The position numbers were made by a program, and so were the translations under genes. A stretch of DNA of 63,960 nucleotides, counting the filler, from Lenisia limosa (Eukaryota; Protista; Breviatea): assembly GCA_001655205.1 (NCBI GenBank). It is 15 parts of 15 records of this genome, joined end to end, with 100 filler letters (N's around TTAATTAATTAA, not from the genome) between each part and the next. Parts side by side here need not be neighbours in the genome. Positions count along the whole stretch, not along the records: positions 10,958 to 13,213 come from LPNZ01005468.1; positions 13,314 to 15,468 come from LPNZ01008324.1; positions 15,569 to 21,867 come from LPNZ01003001.1; positions 21,968 to 25,416 come from LPNZ01007752.1; 11 more parts are not named here. One strand, given 5' to 3'. The notes under the pieces were generated by a model, which saw nothing but the letters and a program-made list of their open reading frames with translations, was not told the DNA's origin and ran no database searches. Of this stretch, positions 11,572 through 22,059 are shown one piece after another (positions within the stretch are counted from its first letter, which is position 1; each line of letters opens with the position of its first letter).

Positions 11572-12396
11572 TTAATAGGAAAGACGCTATGGCTCCCTAT
11601 ACTATCTTATTTACAATCCTAAAAATCCATCAAAGACAGGGAGAAAGACAATACATTAGACGACAGGGGAGATAACCATTTTGTTGATGCCGCAGGCGGA
11701 TTTGTTGCGAACAATACGGAAGTAACCGGACTCTCCCTAAACCGTGAGGGAACACAGCGTGAGGAGTGGAATAGACGAACTACACTTACTCATCATTGTA
11801 CGAAGAGTGCGCACGAACTTATGTTTCAGTGTAGAGTGGTGGCATATGATCATATGATCTTGGGCCAACATCCATAGCAAATATCGGAATATTACTATGT
11901 ATATTATGCATATCATATAATCATCTACTCTGACACAATCCATATGACATTCAATCACTTGCCTTTTGCCCTCGATCCTCATACCCATTTGGCTCCCCAA
12001 GACTAAAAACAATTAGGAGAGAAGGGATAATTTGAGCAAGGCAAAAAAAGTGGACTAATTTGAAGATAGAATGACGAATAGGACACAGTCCACACGACAC
12101 ATCGACTTGGGATTCCACATTTCTTCGAATTAACATAAATTTTATGGGATTCCAACGTAAAATATGACGATTTCCCAAGTTATCACAAGAATTCCAAGTG
12201 GATGCGCCGAAATTCAGGGCCAGTTAACCTACGTTTCTGACGTTCCACCATTTGTGGTGCTTATCTTCACCAAAGCCAGTAATGACAACTGTGGGGTAAA
12301 CAGGGGGTTTGGATTTTCAAATGTGGGTAAATATGGATGGAATAATTTCGATATTTCTGCCAAATGAAGAAATGAGAAAAAATAAAACAACTCTAC

Positions 12397-12531
12397 GGCG
12401 CATGGACTTGGAATTCCCATGGATTATTTGGGAATCCCATAAATTTTCTCAGATTTCCATAAAATTACATGGGATTCCCATGTAAATGATGGGAATACCA
12501 ACCTTTCAATAAGAATCCCAAGTCAATGCGC
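12397..12531. mobile_element. M4 MITE-like element with internal GGGAATCCCA/TGGGATTCCC motifs
   Basis: TIR GCGCATGGACTTGG..CCAAGTCAATGCGC. Related copies at 12100-12207 and 61843-61930. Confidence 0.6.
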
Positions 12532-12699
12532 TGAGAAGAGAATTTCTCACAAATATTGTGTATCTTTTTTGATACAAATGTAAAAATGGACCCCTTTGTA
12601 AAAATGGACCCCTTTTAGGGCCTCGAGGATATATAGGCTTCATCAGAACATTCATTTCACTGTTTGTTTTGTTCTCAATGGAGCTTTGTCATCAACCCC

Positions 12700-12747
12700 T
12701 TTTTAGCCCCCTGTTTAGCCCCCTGTTTAGCCCCTGTTTAGCCCCCT
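12700..12747 (+). repeat. Tandem 12-mer (TTTAGCCCCCTG)n
   Basis: About 4 copies running into an N gap. Confidence 0.8.
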
Positions 12748-13139
12748 NNNNNNNNNNACCAGTAATGACAACTATGGGGTATCCCCCCCACAGTTTACCC
12801 CATAGATTTCCCAACCCCCCACCAGCATGGTCAATGTCTTGCAGGTCAGTGGCGCATAGGTGGCCCTCATAAACGCCGCGTTTATAGAACTGCAGAGCCC
12901 AGGCGTCCAGACCAACACTGCCGAATAAGGAAGGTTGAGTATAACATTCAAAATAACACAATGTAAATAGAGTGGAAATTGAAGACAACAAATAGACTGG
13001 GGGAAGCCCAAGAACATTAAGGATAATCTACTCCCTCGGCACAAAGCAGGATGAGAAAAATATTCAAAATAACACACTAAAAATAGACTAGAGAGTGAAT
13101 GCCCAAGAAATACATTACCGATATAATGTAACCAACAAC

Positions 13140-13212
13140 AAACAAGCCATCACACAACCATCACATCATCACCCACAAACAACCATCACATCATCACCCA
13201 CAAACAACCATC
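13140..13212 (+). repeat. Tandem repeat ACCATCACATCATCACCCACAAACA
   Basis: About 2.5 copies at a contig end. Confidence 0.75.
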
Positions 13213-13384
13213 ANNNNNNNNNNNNNNNNNNNNNNNNNNNNNNNNNNNNNNNNNNNNTTAATTAATTAANNNNNNNNNNNNNNNNNNNNNNNNNNNNNNN
13301 NNNNNNNNNNNNNATTTGTTACTGGATATCAAAAGTTGTATGCAGTTTCTTTTCGCGCAACCTCTAACACGTCTAATATCGTAG

Positions 13385-15420
13385 ATGCAGCACATATTCA
13401 GTCACCTAAACGACACCGTGGGAGAACTCCTCACAAAAACGGACCCAGGTGCCCCCCGGGCGCCGTGTTGGTTTTTGGATCCCCATTTCTCGTCTATTGA
13501 GGGTCACGTGATGAGCTGTACCGATTTCAGACCAGGTAGGGGGGGGGGGGNNNNNNNNNNNNNNNNNNNNNNNNNNNNNNNNNNNNNNNNNNNNNNNNNN
13601 NNNNNNNNNNNNNNNNNNNNNNNNNNNNNNNNNNNNNNNNNNNNNNNNNNNNNNNNNNNNNNNNNNNNNNNNNNNNNNNNNNNNNNNNNNNGGGTAATTC
13701 AGAAATTGGCTTGGATGCTGTGAGAAAATTGTTCGAAGACGCCTTCTTTGAAAAGAATTACTTTTTTGTTAATTTCAGTTTGAAAGACTCCAAGCTTTTG
13801 CGTAAATCACGTTCAATATGCACCAATCTTAGAGAAAATAAAACGAAAATCCGAGCCAATTTCTGAATTACGACCCTGCTTTAAGGAGGGGAGGATTAAT
13901 TTTTTTGTTACAGGGCTTACTTTGGTCAAAAACAAGATAAAATAGCATATCATATATTTCATCCAAATATTTGTATTTTCAATGAAAATCACCCAAATTT
14001 ACGAAATTAGCGCATGTCTACGGTCCGTGTGACTCAGCAGTTTGGCGTTGTACCAAGGGGCAGGATGTAATTGTCAAAGTTTGCTGGGTGCTCAACTGGC
14101 AGGCTGGTTGTTTCTTGTTTTTCGACCCTCATTTTTCGCTCTCTCTCTCTTTCTCTTTGTTTTATAATTAGTATATCATATTATACACTATATATATGGA
14201 TATATATCGATATATGATGAATATATATTTTATTTTATTTATTTATTTTTATGCTTCATACCCCACCCTCTACACGAAGTCTTAATTTGTACATTCGTGT
14301 CAGGCCTTATCGCGGATATTGTCAGGACTTATCGCGGATATTGAGCTTTAGCTTGTGTCAGGCCTTATCGCGAGCAGTGTACTTAATAATATTATGCATG
14401 TATGCTTGTATTTTATGATGGTCAGCCTTGGCCAGATACCAGCCTGTTGAATTTCTACATATGATATCATACACGTTTTGGTGTTACCTTGATTTATTCC
14501 TCATCCTACATGTATTTGAAGCAACGTTACTTGTGATTCCATTGCGTTTTATATCGACTTTTTTTTTGAGGATTTGTCGAGAACGTTTATCAAGGATTTA
14601 GCGAATATCCAGGCTTTTTTTGAACCTGAAAGTGTCCTAATTCCCAACCCAGGTGATGTCGCACTACAATGAAGAAACACATCGAACTTTGGCCCAGGCC
14701 GGGATGGCCCCTGTTTTGATGGATCTTGTCACTTTGGAGGATGGGTGGAAGGTCGGTATCCCATGATTCCTGTTTGTTTTATCTTCAATACACTTATTAC
14801 ATATTATATATCATATAGTGTAGTATACCCCAAGATACAATATATTAAAGCAGGCTTTCAAATGGAAACGTTGTTTCGGACGTCCAGGTCAAGTTTTTCT
14901 TTTTTGCGTCGTATTCAACGTGATTCACGCCACTTTTGGCGTGGCCATAATAACAGAGTTGATTTGTGTTTTTTTTTTTGTTCCATAGATTTTCCAATTT
15001 TACTTTCCAATTTAACTCCCCCAGGTAGCCACAATGGAAGCGTTCGAATGTGACCTCGAGAGTTTCCTGTTCCGCACTCCAGGCCGTAAGCCCTCCAAGT
15101 TCTTCAGCCCTCTCATGGACTTCCTGGAGCGTGTCAGGTGTGTTAGGGGCTTCAAAAGAACTGATACTTTTCAGTGACCACGGGGGCGAGTAAAATTGGA
15201 AAATTTATGAAAAATAAAAAAGCCAAAATCCACTCTGTTGGCTGACAACACCCGAGTGTTGATAACTACAAAACAAAGCCCAGGCCAGTCGCTTCGGCAG
15301 CACCGCATCTCATCCATCTGACATTGCTTTAACGATCTTAGGTCCGAACTGAACAACAACCTTATGGTGCATGGTGATATCCACCCCCGTCACGTGGTTA
15401 TGAATGTCACGTTGGAGGGG
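13385..15420 (+). CDS. Atypical protein-kinase-like protein (HGD catalytic loop), partial
   Basis: Exons give ..VMSHYNEETHRTLAQAGMAPVLMDLVTLEDGWK|VATMEAFECDL..FLERVR|SELNNNLMVHGDIHPRHVVM. This resembles the YxxEAHxxLAxxGLAP..GGWxMVVME..HGD kinase-like family. Confidence 0.7.
13692..13884. mobile_element. Kolobok-like element, left end in an N gap
   Basis: GTAATTCAGAAATTGGCT..AGCCAATTTCTGAATTACGACCCTGCT|TTAA. Confidence 0.7.
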
Positions 15421-15668
15421 ATTGAATCAATTACTATATAATTAATATATAATTGAGGGGGGGGGGGGNNNNNNNNNNNNNNNNNNNNNNNNNNNNNNNN
15501 NNNNNNNNNNNNTTAATTAATTAANNNNNNNNNNNNNNNNNNNNNNNNNNNNNNNNNNNNNNNNNNNNTGTTTGTTTTGTTCTCAACCCTCGTGTGTTGT
15601 CAGCCAACAGAGTGGATTTTGGGCTTTTTTTGTTTCAAAAAATTTCCAATTTACCCCCCTCCCCCCAG

Positions 15669-15772
15669 GCTCCGTGATAACAATGGCTAGTACGGTTCGA
15701 CCTGGGACAGTGCGACGGGGAATAGCAACTCCCCGCGACCGGCCCGGCAGTGCTGTCTCCAGATCTGCTAAT
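15669..15772 (+). CDS. Isolated exon of an unknown low-complexity protein
   Basis: E1 acceptor followed by GSVITMASTVRPGTVRRGIATPRDRPGSAVSRSAN and then a gtggg donor. Confidence 0.3.
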
Positions 15773-16136
15773 GTGGGTCAGGGGTTCTTATTGCTCCTTT
15801 TGTTGGCAGAAAACTTGTTTCATAACCTATCGAAGAATTTGGTGACATCTTCTTTCCCTTTTTATAGTATCTTTTCAAGGATTAGGGTTAATAATCTCTC
15901 TTCATATTTTTACAAGTTCAGCATTACTCAAGGTTTTAATTAGATTATTTATGGTTCTATTTGTTATTTAAATTTTAATTTCTTTACAAAAGGAAGGGGT
16001 GGGGGATGGAGTTATAAAATTGAAGAACTTTCTAATCTGCTGATTTTGTATTCATAAAAACAGATTTACGTGAAACAGAAAATGGATCTACAATTTGGAA
16101 AAGAAGAATAATAAAACAATCAACTACAGAAGTGCA

Positions 16137-19100
16137 TCAGTCCATGAGCGGATCAAAGTCGGCGCTGTGGATGAGTGACCGTAATCAAAAGGGGGGGGGG
16201 GTAAAAATGGAAAATCATGGCGAAACCCCAATGAGTCTGAAGGAAAGCTCAGAAATAACAGAAATCGTGTTCACTGTTTTCTTTGGCACCCGTTGCACGT
16301 GATAGGTTGTTTATGACATAAAATGGATTTGATATGGACTTTGAATGTACTTCAAGGCCCACTGGAAAGTGACGGGGTCCGGCTGGAAGAAGGCCTGTGA
16401 CGGCTCAACCGGCTCCATTGAAGGCACCATGGAGAGACATTCATCGGCTGCGGGCGCCTCTTCGTTCGCTGCAATTGCTTCAGGAAGAGGAAGCTGGATT
16501 TGTGAGATAGCAGAGTAATATCATAACTGCCTTTCAAATCAAGTACGACTGGTGAATGTGTACATTATAATGCCAAGAACTCACCAAGGCGTTTTTGGGC
16601 AAGATTTCGTAACGACAAAGGAGAAAGCGTTTCCTCAAAATCATACGAGCTGCAACGGCCACCTAAAAGAGTGAATACATTTCAGAATATAATAGGAAAA
16701 ATTCTCAAAACATGGGTCATCACTTTGATAGATACAGGCCCCCAACATTGTGAATGAAGATGTAGTTGCATCCTGCTGCTGCAAGACTGCCAAGGAGAGG
16801 CACCACCTGGACGATTAACAGAAGATGCAAAGTGACGACTCTGAATTCTATCACTACGATGCCCCACCTGGAGGATTTTCATGTTGAGCAGTCTCGGGGT
16901 GAGAGTCATAGCGATCGAAGTGATTACATCGTTCTTCTAAAAAGATAATTGTTTTTTGAGCAGTACGTTCCTTCCTTCCCAAGTTTCCATGTATAAGTAT
17001 TGTTCAGCCTGCTTCTTACGTCTTTTGGGGTGCTGTCATTGACTTGCGACTGCATAACGCGCGTAAGGTCTTCTGGGAGGAGGTAAAGATAATTCTATGT
17101 GGTTCACATACCCATCGCCTTGACTCTTTCCTTGCTGTTTGAGCCTAGAGCGCCAAGCAGCAGAATCTGTAGGACAAACTCGATGTCATTATCTGTGTGG
17201 GGATGACATGTGTGTCGGGACATTTTCAAATAAAAAAAGGACTGCTATTGTAGACAGTAAACGACAGATATCCCTCTAATGTAAAAGGTGCCAACCTAGG
17301 TCGGCCTTGACACCACCGTAGTAGTAGGACAAAAGAATGATCATTCTCAGGGCTATCCCGATGAGGACAGGAACATCGGCCAACATAAAGACGACGCCTC
17401 CAAGCCCTGGGGTGGGCGGAGTAAATATGGAACATTGATGAAACAAAACCCCTAGAATCAACTCTGTTGTTTAAGCATTTGTGAAACACAAAAGGGTATA
17501 AAAAATTTCAAGCATAGCCCAGGCCAGTCGCTTCTGCACCACCGGATCCCATCACTCCAGCGTACCTGCAGAGGTGAGATAAAATCTATCTGGGCACAAT
17601 AACCAAAGCAGGTATTTCATCAATTTTGCACTTCAGTGAAAGAAGGGCTATCGTAATGATCTATGGAGCAGAAAAATTAACGGGCAGTATTATAAAAGTG
17701 AAATGCTATTAAAAACGAAGAGTATCGTAGTTGAAAGGTATATGCATGGGGGGGGGGGGGGGGGNNNNNNNNNNNNNNNNNNNNNNNNNNNNNNNNNNNN
17801 NNNNNNNNNNNNNNNNNNNNNNNNNNNNNNNNNNNNNNNNNNNNNNNNNNNNNNNNNNNNNNNNNNNNNNNNNNNNNNNNNNNNNNNNNNNNNNNNNNNN
17901 NTAAAGAGGGAAGGAAAAGAAAGAAGGGGAAGAAGATGAGGAAAACGAAGACGAAGGAGGAAAGGCAGTTTTGAACGGGACTGGCAAAAAGAATTGAGAG
18001 TATACTATGCGGTGTCCACTTGGCACTCGTATGTCTGACCTACCTAGTCCTGAGCCTTCAAGCAGTGCAAGGACCTTGGTGGGCTGAATAACCGACTCAG
18101 ACGCATCATCAAGAAGCTAAACCAGAAAGGATCGGAAATATCTTTTTATACACACTAGTACATAATATATGATTTTATTTTTTTGTATTTAAACTCTAAA
18201 AAACAAGCATATCATCGAGCTATGGTATATAAAGTACATAAATATGAAAAATAGTAGCCATGCTTGGGACTTCAAACGTTCAAATGCCCCAATTTACTGC
18301 AAGGTTAGCGGAGTAAATTGATTCGATGGTCCCTCGCACCGGAATTATACGTTCACTCTAAACAATGATTGATTGTAAGAATACTCAAAGATTGAATCTA
18401 GCCTTCAAAATCCCGCATTTACCCTCCTCCCTTACGGAAAGATCTGTCATGATACTTTCTTGATTAGTGGTGGCGTCAGCAATGCGATACACCTGTCTAC
18501 AACGCTATGAGTTCAAGATTGTATTGAAAAAGAATATTTTTTTACTCTGATAGATAATAATATCATTATATCGATATATATATCATATCATAGTACTATG
18601 CATACAATATGTAGCTGATTTAATACAGTATATGCATATGATATATATAGTATATGATATATATATTATATCATAATATACTACATACTAATATAATACA
18701 CTGACCACGATAAGCTCGACACGGATATTGAGCGTTATTTTTGTTCAATCGTGTCAGGACATTATCGAAGTCACTACTTACTTAGTGTAATACCTTGGGC
18801 TTCACTTCGGTTAAAAAAACGCCAGTAAAATATCGATAGTTTTCGACGATTTATCGAAAAATTCGGTCTTTTTTCGAACCAAAGTGAAGACCTAGTAATG
18901 CCCAGTTCAAACTAGTTTTAATGCCCAAACTGCCAACCTGAGAGCGATTTCCACGGTATCGAGAGCTGTTTTGGTCACCTTTTTTGGCAAGACTGTGACT
19001 GCGGAGTAAGACGTTTTCTTGAGTCTACATCTCAAAGACCCCCTCCTCCCCAGCTTTCAAATCACTACATTACCTTTCCCAAAAATAAAATGTCTCACTT

Positions 19101-21478
19101 ATCAACAATCCTTCAGTTAGAAAAAGTTAAGAACAATATCCCCCCACCGGCAGCAGACGATAGGCCTGCCTTGACTGTTCCCAGCGCCCACCCAATGGGA
19201 GAAAGGGACTCTACTGTGTCAAGAAAAGCCTCAGAATTTTGGTGCATTAGAGAAGACCGTCAGTTAATATTGAATATATAGCAATGAGAAATCAAAAATA
19301 GGGTTGTATCTGGCCGAAGCCGTTCACACCATCAGACTTAAAAGAGACACTGGATTATAGTATACTAATATTAATTCACCCAATCATTTGCCTTACACTC
19401 TGTGCACACAATCCCCGCACCGGAGTCCTTCCCCAGTTCCCATGCAACAACTTCTGAGAACATGGCTGCGTCATAGGTGATAAACGCAGATGGCAGCGTA
19501 CCATAGCCAGCTTCGAGAGCCTAACATAAGGTCAAAGCTGCCTTCCAAAGATCCGAAAACCCTCCCAAAAAATACTAACAACAAGTATACACCAACAAAA
19601 AAAGTCTCAATAACACTCTGATACACTCGGGGTGTATCTCCGTTCATCATTTCAACTTAAAAGTCGGTCATCTGATCACATCACTTGTGGATAGTATATT
19701 CGAGAAACTTGTTTCCATTTCAGCCCCTATCCCTCGAACTTCGGCCAGTTTGAGAGTCAGTTTTTCGGAAGTTGCGGAGAATGAAAGTGCCATCTCATCA
19801 TCTCCGTCAACAGGGTCTTCCTCGTCTCCTTCTGCTATCTTGGGGGTAAGAATGGCCCAAATACAAAGCAATTTGGAAGAGTATAAACCATCCAAGTTCT
19901 GTGATCTGGTAAGGGGTAAAAAAAAACCATTTTAAGACAGTCACAATTACTAACTTAACCTCATCCTCTTCAAGGAACAAAAAATCCATACCTCAAATGT
20001 GATTCCTGCTTGAAAAAATCGGGCTAACATTGTGATTGCGTGATCCACTGCCTCTTCAGTGTCTGACCTGGGGGGGGGGGGAGTAAACGAAGGAAATTNN
20101 NNNNNNNNNNNNNNNNNNNNNNNNNNNNNNNNNNNNNNNNNNNNNNNNNNNNNNNNTTGAAGAATATTGGCGTAAAGGCACTAATGAATAATCTGAGACC
20201 CCAAACAAAAAACAAAAACAAAAAACAAGCAATAACACGCAAAAATGGAACAATTTATGAAGACTTGGCAGTGGGGGAGTATAACGGAAAATGTTACGAA
20301 ATAAAAAACCCCAGAAACAACTCTGTTGGCCGACAACACACAAGGGCTGAAACAACAAACACACAAAGCCCAGGCCAGTCGCTTCACCAAAGCAGGTATA
20401 TACTTCATTCACCTTTGTATCGTAATGATCTACGGAACAGCTAAATTAACCGACAGGGGTAATAAATATTTGAAATATTAGAACAATAAGATTTAAATGC
20501 TACAAAAAACATATCATTGGTAAGAAGTGTGAAAATGGAGCACGATGAAAAGAGACCCGTGATGTTGCATAATGTGGCTGAGGGGAGATGGTGCAAAATT
20601 GAGAAGCAAAATGAAGATGATGAAAAAAGAAGCCCAGTACAACCAAAATAACACACCCATGTTTTTTTGAAAGATAGTTGTTGGAGATGAAACGGCTGCA
20701 AATGAGTTTCCAGTCATTTTCAAGACCTTGTTCTGTTCGACTTCGGCTCAACTACACACCGTTACCCCTTTAATTCAACTCACACCAATATCCTCAGTAA
20801 GAGAGTGCGCAAAAAAAAAACCTGCTTTTTATCAGCCCTCATACCTCGAAATACGGTGGAATATTTGTAACAATGCGGTAGGGATAGTTTTGAAGCAGCC
20901 AATCATGATAGAACTCCTAAACAGATAATTGAAAGTCCAATAGGCAGGGAAATAGGAATCCCCTTCTATCATATAGATTTTTGATTGTAATAAGCATCCA
21001 GTTGCCACCACCTGAACAGTCTCCTCACCTTGCCATACAAGCGAAACATGAGTCTAGCTTTGACAAGTGGTGGAGTTTGGCGGCATATCCTGGACGGGTA
21101 AGTATCATAAAGTGCTTTATGATATAATGTAAATGATATATATANNNNNNNNNNNNNNNNNNNNNNNNNNNNNNNNNNNNNNNNNNNNNNNNNNNNNNNN
21201 NNNNNNNNNNNGATACATTAGAGGGGCATTTGCCTTGTACTTTTCCACTGCCGACCCCCTACCTAAAATACGGGTTTGAAGGAAACGTTCCTTTCAGTTT
21301 CTTAGCACTGAGCTCCTTGGCTTGGCCTGGCCATATCTTCTGTGGATCAACCAGCATTGTGAAATCTATTGGGAGAAAATGAGAAAGTTATGATGAAAAA
21401 CGTCACACCTCAGTTTTCAACCCAGGGATCTTCGGGCTCTTGAGCCCTCACGAGAGTGACTTCAACTGCAGTATTGAG
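16137..21478 (-). CDS. EcsC-family domain protein with N-terminal extension, many exons, 5'-partial
   Basis: Minus-strand exons from 19005 to 16137 splice to ..VLALLEGSGLGLGGVVFMLADVPVLIGIALRMIILLSYYYGG..IEFVLQILLLG..SIAMTLTPRLLNMKILQVVPLLGSLAAAGCNYIFIHNVAVAARMILRKRFLL..DFDPLMD*, which matches the EcsC pattern. Assignment of exons above 19.1 kb to the same gene is less certain. Confidence 0.75.
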
Positions 21479-22059
21479 TATTGCAATTAAGATGACAAGG
21501 TATGAGCAAGAGTGCAGCAAATACAATAAAAAGTATGATGTATGCTATGTCTCACAGGGTTTTTAAAAAATACAATGATAAACTAGCTGCTAATGAAGAC
21601 CCTCACTTATAACTTGATTCAAAAACCAAGAAAACAGCCAGCCGACTAACAAACAACTCAAAAGACCCAAAGTTGATCAATGCTATGTGATAATGGAGGT
21701 ATGCATCTTACTCTTAAGTTATATAATATACATATGATATATGATATGTATGCAATACATTAGATTTCAGATTTCAGAGATTCCGATTTCCACTTACCTG
21801 AGACTAATGATAGATGAGGTGCGCTCAATCGGGTTAATTATCAGCTCTGTGATTATTATTATTAAATNNNNNNNNNNNNNNNNNNNNNNNNNNNNNNNNN
21901 NNNNNNNNNNNTTAATTAATTAANNNNNNNNNNNNNNNNNNNNNNNNNNNNNNNNNNNNNNNNNNNNCAGCAATTAAACAAACAAAGCCCAGGCCAGTCC
22001 ATATCCAGCGTACGTGAAATTCAACTACCCTTTCTCCCATAAAAAGAACAATACCCTAC

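Noticed and set aside
12700-12747. TTTAGCCCCCTG repeat as a telomere
   Set aside because: It is an internal, short 12-mer unit that does not match a telomeric pattern.
16340-16950. Plus-strand gene suggested by short ORFs
   Set aside because: The minus-strand exons here splice cleanly into the EcsC C-terminus, so the plus-strand ORFs are shadows.
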